Positions 25,175 through 35,058 of a DNA stretch of 64,000 nucleotides are shown piece by piece. The stretch lies in the NCBI GenBank assembly GCA_965140445.1, contig OZ223236.1, forward strand, positions 2,080,001 to 2,144,000. The letters are read 5' to 3'. The notes beneath the pieces were generated by a model that was not told where the DNA came from, ran no database searches, and saw nothing but the letters and a program-made list of their open reading frames with translations. The stretch is from Candidatus Ozemobacteraceae bacterium. Lineage in GTDB: Bacteria > Muiribacteriota > Ozemobacteria > Ozemobacterales > Ozemobacteraceae. The number at the start of each line of letters is the position of its first letter. Position 1 is the stretch's first letter. The position numbers and the translations under genes were made by a program.

Positions 25175-27750
25175 TTTTCAAGAGCATCAGTGCTGTTTTT
25201 TGTTTTATCTTTATCAAGTTTTTCACTATGAATAATTTGTTGGAGTATATCTTGTTTGCCGTTTTCTTCCAGGAATTTTTTTAAATCGGCAAATCTTTCA
25301 GCTCTGGTAGAAACCCAGTCTTTTGGACACTGGGCATAAGCGATAGTAAGAAGTTCCTGTGCTGTTTCTATCTTTCCCTGTTTCCAATACAATATTCCAA
25401 GACTATGTGAAATCATGAGCAGGTCTGCTAGAAATGGGGGCTGAGCTTGATTGAAAAGTATTTGAGCATTTTCTAATAATATTTGTGCTCTTTCCAGGTT
25501 AATTTCATGGCTTGCCAATATAAATCCTACGGCATTCATGTATCTGGGATCTTTAGGTTCTTTTTTTAAGGCTAATTCAAAAAACTTTAAAGCGTTTTTG
25601 TAATCTTTTTTCCGGCTTTTTAATAACCCTTGAAGATATAAACTGTCTCCTGAGTTTTTTTGAATTGTTTTTACCTTGGACAGAAGCTCTTCACATTTTT
25701 GGTATTGTCCTTTTCTTGCAGCAATTGAAGCCAGACTTATTCTTATTCTATCTGCTGCAATACGTTCTTCTTTTGAATTAACAGGTATCAAAAACAGGCC
25801 TTCCTCAAAAATTCGTTGGGCATCATCTAATCTGCCTTCGGCAACTAGTATTTTACCAAGTAATTCATATGAACTAGGAGCCTGGCTCCAATCTAGACTT
25901 TGTAGAGCATATCTATGAGCTTCCAGAATCATTTTTCTCTCAAAAAGGATTCTTGCCATTTCAAATCTTGTGTTAAAGGCGTTTGGCACCATTCCATCTA
26001 ATCTTTTTAGAGTTTCCTGGGTTTCATTTAACTTGCTCAACTTTTCAAAAGCCTGTGCCAGCCCGAAATGAGCCTGAAGAGATTGAGGATTAACTCTAAT
26101 AGCTTCTTCAAAGGCGTTAGCACTCAGCTCATAGTTTCCGTCTCTTAAACCTTTTGCCCCCTTAAACAGGCTAGTTTGCTCTGATTGGTAGGTTGCCTGG
26201 ACAACGTATGCGCTGAATACAAAGGCGACAGGTAAAAATAGATACGCAAGAGAAATATAAGAAAATTTTCTTTTCCATTGAATGTCTCTTAGACAAACAG
26301 AGCTGTGAAGGCTTAAGATTAAAATAAACGTGCTCATAAGCGGCTGTACAGATATTGTGTTGTTGGCAAAGCTGTAGAAAACAAAAGAAAAGATTGAAAT
26401 CGCAATTGTTTTTGCAAATGGGTCATGATTTTCATTTGTTTTTTTGCCATCACTTTTCCATGAAATGTTAGCAAGAGTGGTTATGGCAAGCAGTATTGGA
26501 ATCGAAAAGAAGAACTCCTTTGAATTAAAAAAGCCAGCAGAATATAATCCGGCGGAGATCAGTATCAGTGTAACAGTCGGCATCAGATGAAAAAATGAAA
26601 AGTGCACTTTGCTTAGGTCTTTATCTGTAGGAACTATCTTTTGCTTAAATTGTTTCCAGGAATGGAACTTCCAAAAAACAGCCAAGAAGCTGATAACAGC
26701 AAAAAGTCCGAAAAAGCCCAATTCTGACAGGATTGAAACTATTGCTGAATGAGGATCATCGTTATAAACCTTAAGACCCAATGCTGTTCCAAGTTTCGGA
26801 CGAAATAAAGGCATTAAGTAAGGAGTTGCTCCTGGCCCCATGCCAGTTGTTGGATGTTGTAAAAAAATGGAAAATCCCATTTGCCAAAGCATTAAACGTG
26901 AAACTAGAGAAAAATAGCCGGTAGGAGCTTTTCCCAGACTCTGCCAGGGATAATTGGAAGTAGAGTAAAACACAATTCCATGTGCCAGTACAACTACAAT
27001 CGCAATTATGATTCCAGGAATAAATGGTGAGTTTCTTATTATTTTTCCCGGTTTAATCTCCCAAAATTTAAAGAAGAACATTAGCAGGCCGAGTATCACA
27101 CAAATCAAGGCAGATTTTGAGCCAGAAATAGTTATAACAAAAAATTGAATTGCAAAAAGGATTAAAAGAAAAGCTCTCTTCAATAAAGAATCTTTAATTC
27201 CCTCGATGGCAAAACCAAATGTTAAGAGACTGGTAATCATCAGATAGGATGCTAGAAAATTTGGATTGCTAAAAGTTCCCACTACTTCGTAAGGGGAGTT
27301 TGACCATGAAAAAATATCAAGTCCGGCTTTTTGAAATAAGCAATATACAGCCATCGCTGTTCCACTGAAAATTACCAGGCTGATTAGGTTACCGTTATCT
27401 TCCTTTTTTCTGGATAAACGTAAATAAATTACGAGTAAAAGGTAGGTAATCCATAAAACAGCTATTCGAATACTCGATGCGAAAGGCGTTAAGAGGGTTG
27501 ATATTGTTATGAACAAATATAGTAAAAGAGCTGGCCCCCAATATGGGATCTGTCCTCGTCTGGGTCTAAAAAAAAGAATTATTACAGAAAAGATACAAAT
27601 TGCTGCAGCGCCAGCAAAAAGAATTCCCCATTGCTGAGTAATGAACGGGTCAATTTGATTTGTGCTTACAATCCACGGCGAAATTGCCAGAAAAATTGAT
27701 ATTATAAGCCCAGATATTCTGAGGAGAAAATCTAATGATCTTGGTAACAT
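25171..27750 (-). CDS. O-antigen ligase/O-oligosaccharyltransferase-like polytopic membrane protein with C-terminal TPRs
   Basis: More than 12 TM helices, GTFSNPNFLASYL, SR..LWQ....F..HPTTGMGPG, DPHS....LSELGFFG, then TPR repeats. Confidence 0.8.
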   Translation of the reverse strand: MLPRSLDFLLRISGLIISIFLAISPWIVSTNQIDPFITQQWGILFAGAAAICIFSVIILFFRPRRGQIPYWGPALLLYLFITISTLLTPFASSIRIAVLWITYLLLVIYLRLSRKKEDNGNLISLVIFSGTAMAVYCLFQKAGLDIFSWSNSPYEVVGTFSNPNFLASYLMITSLLTFGFAIEGIKDSLLKRAFLLILFAIQFFVITISGSKSALICVILGLLMFFFKFWEIKPGKIIRNSPFIPGIIIAIVVVLAHGIVFYSTSNYPWQSLGKAPTGYFSLVSRLMLWQMGFSIFLQHPTTGMGPGATPYLMPLFRPKLGTALGLKVYNDDPHSAIVSILSELGFFGLFAVISFLAVFWKFHSWKQFKQKIVPTDKDLSKVHFSFFHLMPTVTLILISAGLYSAGFFNSKEFFFSIPILLAITTLANISWKSDGKKTNENHDPFAKTIAISIFSFVFYSFANNTISVQPLMSTFILILSLHSSVCLRDIQWKRKFSYISLAYLFLPVAFVFSAYVVQATYQSEQTSLFKGAKGLRDGNYELSANAFEEAIRVNPQSLQAHFGLAQAFEKLSKLNETQETLKRLDGMVPNAFNTRFEMARILFERKMILEAHRYALQSLDWSQAPSSYELLGKILVAEGRLDDAQRIFEEGLFLIPVNSKEERIAADRIRISLASIAARKGQYQKCEELLSKVKTIQKNSGDSLYLQGLLKSRKKDYKNALKFFELALKKEPKDPRYMNAVGFILASHEINLERAQILLENAQILFNQAQPPFLADLLMISHSLGILYWKQGKIETAQELLTIAYAQCPKDWVSTRAERFADLKKFLEENGKQDILQQIIHSEKLDKDKTKNSTDALEK

Positions 27751-27751
27751 T

Positions 27752-28321
27752 TTACTCTGCGTATAATAGGGTCAGTGGAATTTCCAGATAATCGCCAACT
27801 TTTAAACCCATAGTTTTGACAGATCCTTTGGGCAATTCAAGAGCATATTGAGCCGACATAATTGAACTATATCTTGGCAAATTTTCTGAAGATAAGCCAT
27901 TACCTGGCTTCATATTTTCTATCCATTCAGTAATTTGTAAATTTTCTGAAAAGAAGATCAAATCAAGAGGAATAAAGGTGTTCATCATCCAAAAAGTCAT
28001 TTTTCTTGGATATGGATAGACAAACAACATGCCTTGATCTTTTGGAAGCTCTTTGTAGAACATTAATCCCTTAGTTCGTTGGGCAGCATTTCTGGCGAGC
28101 ATTATGTTTAAAGTATTGCTTGCCAATTTAGCTTCAACTTTTGGGAGATTCTGAGGTAACTCAGAAGAAAGAGAAGAGGAGTCGTCTGTGCTTGTTTTAT
28201 TAATAGTAGAATCTGCAATAGGATTTGCCAGACTGGATTGTTCGTCCGAATCGGCCCGGCAAGCAACCAGGAAAACATTTATTACAATTATAAAAAGTAT
28301 TAAATAGCGTCTATTTCTCAC
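27752..28321 (-). CDS. DUF192-family lipoprotein
   Basis: Lipobox LVAC, RTKGLMF, GMLFVY, FWMMNTFIPLDLIF, YALELPKG. GTG start overlaps the ptsI stop. Confidence 0.88.
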   Translation of the reverse strand: MRNRRYLILFIIVINVFLVACRADSDEQSSLANPIADSTINKTSTDDSSSLSSELPQNLPKVEAKLASNTLNIMLARNAAQRTKGLMFYKELPKDQGMLFVYPYPRKMTFWMMNTFIPLDLIFFSENLQITEWIENMKPGNGLSSENLPRYSSIMSAQYALELPKGSVKTMGLKVGDYLEIPLTLLYAE

Positions 28322-30063
28322 AGTATTCCAAGTTCTCTATTTATTTTGTCCAGAGCAACTTCGATCTCTTCGGCAGTATCCAACTCAAGAACAGGCTTTA
28401 TTTTCTGCTTAATATCTTTTAAGGAAAGAGTTCTAACTATTTCCTTTACAGTTGGGATTAATACCGCATTCATTGAAAGCTCTTTTAATCCTAGTCCAAG
28501 AAGAAGAGTCGTATATCGACTGTCTCCAGCCATTTCTCCACACAAGCTAATACCGATTTTTTCTCTTTCTGCAACTTCAACAACGTGTTTAATAAGTTTT
28601 ATAACCGCTGGATTAGTAGGCTGGTAGAGATGGGAAACCTTTGAGTTTGTTCTGTCAACGGCTAGTGTATATTGAACCAAATCGTTGCTTCCGATAGAAA
28701 AGAAATCAACTTCTTTGGCAAACCTGTCAGCTAATAGCGCAACAGAAGGTATTTCCACCATAATTCCAAGTTTTATTTCCGAAGGTATTTCATGTCCATT
28801 AGCTCTAAGTTCTTCAGCAACTTTTTTTAGAAGAGTTTTTACTTTTCTAAGTTCACTTAGATTCGATATCATCGGAAAAAGAATACTTACCTGGTCTTTT
28901 TCAGCATAAGAAGCAGCTCTAAGTATTGCTCTTAGCTGAGTGCAAAATATTTCTTCACAATCCAGAGCCATTCTGACCGCGCGCCAGCCAAGTTCAGGGT
29001 TTCTTTCCATTGAGTTCCCCATCAAATGAGAGATCTTGTCGCCGCCAATATCAATGGTTCGAATAACCAGTTGTGAATCGCCAAGCCGTTTTACTGCCGA
29101 AGAATACACTTCGAACAATTCATTTTCTGTAGGAAAGGTTCTTCGGGTTAAATAAGCAAATTCTGTTCTGTATAAGCCAACGCCTTCAGCATTATTGGCA
29201 AGGACTGCATCAAGATCACTTAATTGTCCCATGTTGGCATTTAATACAATTTTTTCGCCATCTTTTGTAATAGACGGCTCAGAAAGATTTGCAAAGATTT
29301 TTTCCTGTTTACTTCTAAATTCTTTTAAAGATTCTTCATATTTCTCAACTGTTATTTTGTCTGGATTTAGGAGAAGTGTTCCTTCGTTTCCATCAATAAT
29401 AGCAAAAGAATCATTTTTTACATGTTTGAAAAGGTCTCTAACCTGGATCAAAGCAGGAATACCCATAGATCTGGCAAGAATAGAGGCATGGGAAGTGGGT
29501 GTACCTTCTTCAATTACAATTCCAAGAATTTGTTGAGGATCAAAAGAGACTATTTCTGATGGAGTAAGATCTTCAGCAAGTATTATTACACCATTTCCAA
29601 GATCATTTTCGTTGGAATTAGATGACTGTGTTTTCATGCAATTTTTCAGAATTCTTTTTCCAACATCCATTATATCAATGGCTTTGCCTTGAAATTGGGG
29701 GTCTGGAAGATTTCTGAAAAAGTCGCTGTAGTCTTTTATTACGCCAGATACAACAGATTGAACATCTATAAGATTTTCTTTGACTCTTTTGATAACCTCT
29801 TTTTCAAGATCTGGGTCATCTATCAAGGTCAGATGAGCTTGAAATATATTTGAAATTTCAAGACTACTTTTTATCTGGGGAAGTTCGAGCAGCTGGTTTA
29901 TCTCATTTCTAGAAGCTTCAAGAGAAACTTTAAAACGGCTAATTTCTTTTGAGACATCGCCAGGATTGAGTGTACTTGCTTCAAACTCCTCAAACTCTAT
30001 GTGTTTGAGGCAATATGTACGACCCAGTGCAAATCCGGGTGAAATTGGCAACCCTTTGAGCAT
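28318..30063 (-). CDS. ptsI: Phosphoenolpyruvate-protein phosphotransferase (PTS Enzyme I)
   Basis: Phospho-His motif TSHASILAR, GVGLYRTEF, RTIDIGGDK, DFFSIGSNDLVQY, LCGEMAGD. Confidence 0.95.
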   Translation of the reverse strand: MLKGLPISPGFALGRTYCLKHIEFEEFEASTLNPGDVSKEISRFKVSLEASRNEINQLLELPQIKSSLEISNIFQAHLTLIDDPDLEKEVIKRVKENLIDVQSVVSGVIKDYSDFFRNLPDPQFQGKAIDIMDVGKRILKNCMKTQSSNSNENDLGNGVIILAEDLTPSEIVSFDPQQILGIVIEEGTPTSHASILARSMGIPALIQVRDLFKHVKNDSFAIIDGNEGTLLLNPDKITVEKYEESLKEFRSKQEKIFANLSEPSITKDGEKIVLNANMGQLSDLDAVLANNAEGVGLYRTEFAYLTRRTFPTENELFEVYSSAVKRLGDSQLVIRTIDIGGDKISHLMGNSMERNPELGWRAVRMALDCEEIFCTQLRAILRAASYAEKDQVSILFPMISNLSELRKVKTLLKKVAEELRANGHEIPSEIKLGIMVEIPSVALLADRFAKEVDFFSIGSNDLVQYTLAVDRTNSKVSHLYQPTNPAVIKLIKHVVEVAEREKIGISLCGEMAGDSRYTTLLLGLGLKELSMNAVLIPTVKEIVRTLSLKDIKQKIKPVLELDTAEEIEVALDKINRELGIL

Positions 30064-30173
30064 GAAAAAACCTTGAAATCAAAGTGATGACATCTTATCA
30101 TGAACCTTATTCAGTCGCAAGTTATTTCGTTTTTTTACAGTATTTTCACAACAAAATAGTCGCCGGAGGCATA

Positions 30174-30932
30174 ATGAACATTTTACTTTGCAATGATGAT
30201 GGAATACAGGCTTCAGGAATTATTTCAATGGCAAAACAGCTTTCCAAAATAGGAAAGGTTACTGTTGCAGCTCCTGATTCAGAAAGAAGTGCCGCCAGTA
30301 ATTCTTTAACCCTGTCTAGCCCTTTAAGGGTACAAAAAACAGATTTTCCAGCAGAGGTGGAAAACGCATATGCAATTTCAGGTATGCCAGCTGATTGTGC
30401 CAAAATTGCTCTTTCAACTTTATTGGAAACAAAACCAGATATCGTTGTTTCAGGAATTAATCGTGGTCCCAATATGTGCGTTGATGTCTTCTACTCGGGT
30501 ACAGTAGCAGCAGCTTTTGAAGGAGCTTTCAAGGGAATCTTAGCATTCTCCGTTTCTTTGGACTCGTTTGATTCCGGGGCAGATTTCGATTTGGCTGCAG
30601 AACGTGCGGCCAAAACAATTAAAAAACTTTTTGATCAAAAGGTTCCGACAGGACATGTTTACAATATTAATTTGCCGAATATCCCAGCAGATGAATTAAA
30701 GGGTACAAAAATTACTCGTCAGGGAAAGGTTGACTATAGGGAGAAATATATCAGACGAGAAGATCCCTATGGAAAGCCATATTACTGGATTCAGGGAAAC
30801 CCGGAAATTGTCGATGAAGACGATGATTGTGATATCGTAGCGGTTAAAAAAGGTTTTATTTCGATAACGCCTTTAAAAATTACTCTTACAGATTTTTCAT
30901 TAAAAGAAAAACTAGGAAGCATAGCCTTTTAA
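30174..30932 (+). CDS. surE: 5'/3'-nucleotidase SurE
   Basis: SD GGAGG before ATG 30174. ILLCNDDG, GMPADC, VSGINRGPN, YSGTVAAA, ISITPL. Confidence 0.95.
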   Translation: MNILLCNDDGIQASGIISMAKQLSKIGKVTVAAPDSERSAASNSLTLSSPLRVQKTDFPAEVENAYAISGMPADCAKIALSTLLETKPDIVVSGINRGPNMCVDVFYSGTVAAAFEGAFKGILAFSVSLDSFDSGADFDLAAERAAKTIKKLFDQKVPTGHVYNINLPNIPADELKGTKITRQGKVDYREKYIRREDPYGKPYYWIQGNPEIVDEDDDCDIVAVKKGFISITPLKITLTDFSLKEKLGSIAF

Positions 30933-31729
30933 TGACTCTTCCTGACAAACTTAAAATTGGAATGTTGCAGTGGTCCGTTGTTAGGGGAGATTATGCTTAT
31001 AACTTTTCCAGGGTTACCTCTCTGATTGAAAGTTATGGTGATAAAGATTTTCCTCATATTTTAGCTTTTCCCGAAATGTGGTCATGTGGTTTTTGTGGTA
31101 AAACTTTATTTTTAGAGGCTGAGAAGTTTCCTGAGCGGGTGGATGATTTATGCCGGTTGGCTGCTTCGTGTGGCGCATGGATCGTCGCAGGGTCTATTCC
31201 TGAATTTATGAATGGAGAAAGGGTTTATAATACTCTATTGATAATTGATGCTTCCGGTAAGGTGAGGATGAAATATCGGAAGCTGCATTTATTCCCAAAT
31301 TCGAGAGAACCCGAATTTTTTGAAGCTGGAATAGAGCCGCCGGAGCCTGTTAAAGCCGGAAATTGGGTTATTGGCGCTTCTATTTGTTTTGACCTGAGAT
31401 TCCCTGAAGTTTTTAGATGGCAGTATGCGAAAGGGGCTAACATTTTTTTCAATCCTGCTCAATTCCCTGCACCTAGAAGAAACGGGTATATTTTCCTCGA
31501 AGGTGCCAGGGCGATCGAGAATCAAGCCATTTTTGCTACAATAAATAGAACTGGTGTAGATGGTTCCATGTCTTATTATGGTGGTAGTAATTTGTTTGAT
31601 GAAATGGGTGAATTGGTTGTCGAGGGAACCGATCTCGAAGAGCTTTGCGTTGGCGAAGTGGATTTTAAAAAATTGGCTGATCACAGAACCGAATTCGATT
31701 TTAAAGATAGCTTAGCAAGCTGCTTTTAA
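30932..31729 (+). CDS. Carbon-nitrogen hydrolase (nitrilase/omega-amidase family)
   Basis: Glu-Lys-Cys triad motifs FPEMW, YRKLHLF, ICFDLRFPE, plus ARAIENQ. Confidence 0.92.
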   Translation: MTLPDKLKIGMLQWSVVRGDYAYNFSRVTSLIESYGDKDFPHILAFPEMWSCGFCGKTLFLEAEKFPERVDDLCRLAASCGAWIVAGSIPEFMNGERVYNTLLIIDASGKVRMKYRKLHLFPNSREPEFFEAGIEPPEPVKAGNWVIGASICFDLRFPEVFRWQYAKGANIFFNPAQFPAPRRNGYIFLEGARAIENQAIFATINRTGVDGSMSYYGGSNLFDEMGELVVEGTDLEELCVGEVDFKKLADHRTEFDFKDSLASCF

Positions 31730-31733
31730 TGAA

Positions 31734-32525
31734 ATGAACAGTTTATTTCAGACCAGGCTGAAGGGGATTCTGAGTCAGATTTCTTTTTTTTGCAAATACG
31801 AGGTCAAACATTTTAAAGAATTAGATTCCACAAATACGTTTTTAAAAAGTAGAATTGCATCTGGAAAAACCAACCCTATAATAGTAATCGCTGATCATCA
31901 AACGTCTGGGCGAGGGCAGTTTGATCGAGACTGGAATGATTTTCCGGGTAAATCTCTTTTATTTTCATTTTCTTTGGATTTGTCAGTTTTTAATAGCTTA
32001 GATATTTTACCTCTTTCACTATTTACTGGTTTGGTGTGTGCTGTAGCTTTGAATTCTAAAATGCGTGACAAATCCATTGAAACCTGGTTGAAATGGCCAA
32101 ATGATCTGTGGTTGGGCTTTAATAAAATTGGTGGAATTCTTGTTGAAAATGTAATTCTGCCAGAATCTCAAACAGCAATTATTGGAATTGGTATTAATTT
32201 GGGAGATTTTGAGAAGGACGGTATAAAATACATTGCTCCACTTGTTTCATGTGATGCATTAGAAGTTTTGAAGACTTTCTTTTATAATTTTCAAGATATT
32301 ATGAATACCGATCTTGAATCTCAAGTGAAACGGTGGAATTTTTTTGCTGCTCCAATGTTTGAAAACAGGTTTCTTGCCATTCTTCCTGATGGAAAAGAAA
32401 AGATTGTTAGGCCTGTCAAAGTTTTAAATACAGGTGAGCTTGTTTGTCTTTGTGAACAGGGAGAGGCCGTTCATTTTAATTCTTTGCGAAGACTAGTGCC
32501 AATAAAAAAAGCTGTCAAATTGTGA
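31734..32525 (+). CDS. birA: Biotin-protein ligase (no N-terminal HTH)
   Basis: DSTN, ADHQTSGRGQFDRDW, KWPND, KIGGILVE, IGIGIN. Confidence 0.9.
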   Translation: MNSLFQTRLKGILSQISFFCKYEVKHFKELDSTNTFLKSRIASGKTNPIIVIADHQTSGRGQFDRDWNDFPGKSLLFSFSLDLSVFNSLDILPLSLFTGLVCAVALNSKMRDKSIETWLKWPNDLWLGFNKIGGILVENVILPESQTAIIGIGINLGDFEKDGIKYIAPLVSCDALEVLKTFFYNFQDIMNTDLESQVKRWNFFAAPMFENRFLAILPDGKEKIVRPVKVLNTGELVCLCEQGEAVHFNSLRRLVPIKKAVKL

Positions 32526-32539
32526 CAGCTTTTTTTTAT
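32502..32539. terminator. Bidirectional intrinsic terminator
   Basis: ATAAAAAAAGCTGTCA-aattg-TGACAGCTTTTTTTTAT between convergent genes, overlapping the birA stop. Confidence 0.8.
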
Positions 32540-32550
32540 CAGGTTCGTGG

Positions 32551-34860
32551 TTAAATGCCTTTAACTCCAACTTTAAGAGTGTAAGAGAATCTTTTTTCAG
32601 TCGTACTGCCAGTGATTGTAATATAGGCATTCTCCGTTGGCTGAATGAACTTATAAGCAAATGAATCGCCCATCTTATCAAGACTTCCAGAGTTCTTGGA
32701 AATGCCGTCATAAATTTCAATCTGAACGGTATTCCGATCAACGTTGTTTGCAAAGTTGAGGCTAAAGTTTAACTCAGTGTTTTTGGTGATCTTGCCAAGT
32801 GAAGGGGTTTGGTTATCCATGAAGTTAAAAGATTGATAGATGCTTTCAGAGGGGGCCTGTATCGATAAGGCTGCGATGAATGCATTTTCTTCATTTTTTT
32901 TCACATTTTCAGAATCAGAATCTTCAGTTAATACATCCGCTTGTTGTGCCGAGCTAGAGCTTCCTGAAACATTATTTGCCATGGCATATTCAGAATCGCT
33001 TGACCCGTTTGAATTGCTGGTTTCATCATAATTGTTATCGTAATTGCCAGATGTGTTTTGTTGAAGTGAACTGGAATCGACCTGAGAAGAGTTTGTGCTG
33101 CCATGATTAAAGTTATCCCCTTCTGAATTATTGGAGCTGTAACTTCCATTGTTCTGGTTGCTGTCTGTGTATGCCCCATTCTCATGATCCGCCTGGCTAT
33201 TATTGTTGTCTGCGGTTGAATCATTCCCTGTTTCGTAGTCTTGACTATTATTGCTTATCTTAGAGCTGCTTACATTGCTATTGGTATTTTGATTAATCCC
33301 GTTTTCGTAAGATTTCCCATAATTTGAAGAATTGTAAGAGCTGTTTTCGTTGTTGGGATTATTATTGTTTGAGCCATAGTTGCTTTGAGAGCCGTAAGAG
33401 CCTGAATCTAAATTTGAGTTTGAACCTGAATTTGAGCTGAAACCTGAATTTTCATTAACTGCTTGTTGAGAGCCAGAGTTACTATGCGCTGAGCCAGTTT
33501 GGCCATCATTGGTTGAAGCTTGAGATTGATTGTTCTGGTTGTAGCTGGTGGAATTTTCCGGTTTTGAATAAAGATCTGAAAGGTCTACCTGTTCTGAATT
33601 GCCAAATGTTGAATGTTTATAATTTCCTGATGAATTAGAAGTTCCTGCCGAGCTTGATAATTGCATCGAAGCATCGTTTCCACTTCTTTGAGTAGATCCT
33701 TTGCTGTCAATCGTTCGACTGTCGAAATCAACTTTGATTACAGGTATGTTAACTTCCATCAGTTTGCGGGAACCAGCGCTGGTGTTAGAATCTTTATAAA
33801 CAACTTTGGCAGAATACTTATCTTCAGATGGTACTCTGAACATGTGACGATAGTTTTTCATCTTTGATGATGTAACTGGCGCTCTTTCGCCTTCTTCATC
33901 TGTTATAACAAGTGAGACATCTTGAGGGTTTATGCTTTCGTCAAGCTCTACTGCTATTTTTATACGAGTGTCTTCTGGAATTTTAAACTTTTTGAGTTTA
34001 TAGCTGGTTGGGGAACTGCCATTGAGGTTGCTGGAAAATATTTCTTCTGAAAAATCTGTAGGATGCTGAATAACCATTCTTACAGCTGGAGGAGGGAGCT
34101 GTGTTGGTGCAATGTCAAGCTTAGGTTTGGAAGCTTTTGAGGGTGATTCTTCTGGCTTTGCAGGACTGGATGAACCTGTTGAACCTTTCGCTGGTGATGG
34201 AGATGGGGAGTCAGAACTCTTTTCGGTATCATCTGCAACCCTGGTTGAGGCTGGAGTACTTGAAACCGGAGCTGATGTTGGGGTAGGAACTCCGGCAACT
34301 TTCGTATTATCTGTAGAACCCGTGCTGGAAGGGGCGTCTGGTGTTACGACGGTGGTGGGAGTGGTCGGCGGGGTTGCAGCGGTTGAGGCTGCTTTTTCTT
34401 TTCCTGTGTTAAAATCTGCTTCACTGTATGAATCTGATAATACATATTTTCCGTCTTTGAATTTTATACTCCACTGATAACCAGCCGCTCCACCTGCAAA
34501 TCCAGTGGAACCTGGGGTAGCCTGATTTATCATTGTGTTTTTTAGCTTGTTTATACTGTCATTAACGGCGGTATTCATGCTTTTTGCCGCTTCGTTGTCA
34601 GAAGTTGAAGTGCTGCTGGAATTCTCTGATATCTTTGAAACGTCTGGTGTTTCGTTTTCCCCGATGTCGTTTTGCTGTTTTTCCCAGTTGTCTTCGACTT
34701 CTTTGAGATGGTCTTTCATTTTTTTGTCATATTCAGAGGACCTTACTTGTGCAGCTTTTTCGGCAGCTTCAAAAGATTCGAATTCTAAATCTTCTGCTAA
34801 AGTTAGCGTATTGAAAAATAGTAAACAAATAACTGCAAAGCAAAAATATTTAAAATTCAT
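32551..34860 (-). CDS. Secreted protein with Pro/Ser/Thr- and Asn/Ser-rich low-complexity regions and a duplicated beta-rich domain
   Basis: Signal peptide MNFKYFCFAVICLLFFNTLTLA, SD GGGGAG and a 769-aa open frame. Confidence 0.8.
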   Translation of the reverse strand: MNFKYFCFAVICLLFFNTLTLAEDLEFESFEAAEKAAQVRSSEYDKKMKDHLKEVEDNWEKQQNDIGENETPDVSKISENSSSTSTSDNEAAKSMNTAVNDSINKLKNTMINQATPGSTGFAGGAAGYQWSIKFKDGKYVLSDSYSEADFNTGKEKAASTAATPPTTPTTVVTPDAPSSTGSTDNTKVAGVPTPTSAPVSSTPASTRVADDTEKSSDSPSPSPAKGSTGSSSPAKPEESPSKASKPKLDIAPTQLPPPAVRMVIQHPTDFSEEIFSSNLNGSSPTSYKLKKFKIPEDTRIKIAVELDESINPQDVSLVITDEEGERAPVTSSKMKNYRHMFRVPSEDKYSAKVVYKDSNTSAGSRKLMEVNIPVIKVDFDSRTIDSKGSTQRSGNDASMQLSSSAGTSNSSGNYKHSTFGNSEQVDLSDLYSKPENSTSYNQNNQSQASTNDGQTGSAHSNSGSQQAVNENSGFSSNSGSNSNLDSGSYGSQSNYGSNNNNPNNENSSYNSSNYGKSYENGINQNTNSNVSSSKISNNSQDYETGNDSTADNNNSQADHENGAYTDSNQNNGSYSSNNSEGDNFNHGSTNSSQVDSSSLQQNTSGNYDNNYDETSNSNGSSDSEYAMANNVSGSSSSAQQADVLTEDSDSENVKKNEENAFIAALSIQAPSESIYQSFNFMDNQTPSLGKITKNTELNFSLNFANNVDRNTVQIEIYDGISKNSGSLDKMGDSFAYKFIQPTENAYITITGSTTEKRFSYTLKVGVKGI

Positions 34861-35058
34861 TTTATTTTCTCCCCAGAAAAATTAAAAAAAGAAGCGATTA
34901 AGTCTAGCTTTATAGGACTTTGCGAAGCTAGACTAATTTTTTTTGTCATTTTAAAAATGTGTCTCACTAATATTATACGTTTTAAATGCTGAAAAAGTTA
35001 CCAATAAGTAATATTATTCTTTGTGGATAATTATTTGTACAGATTTATGGAGGGTGTT

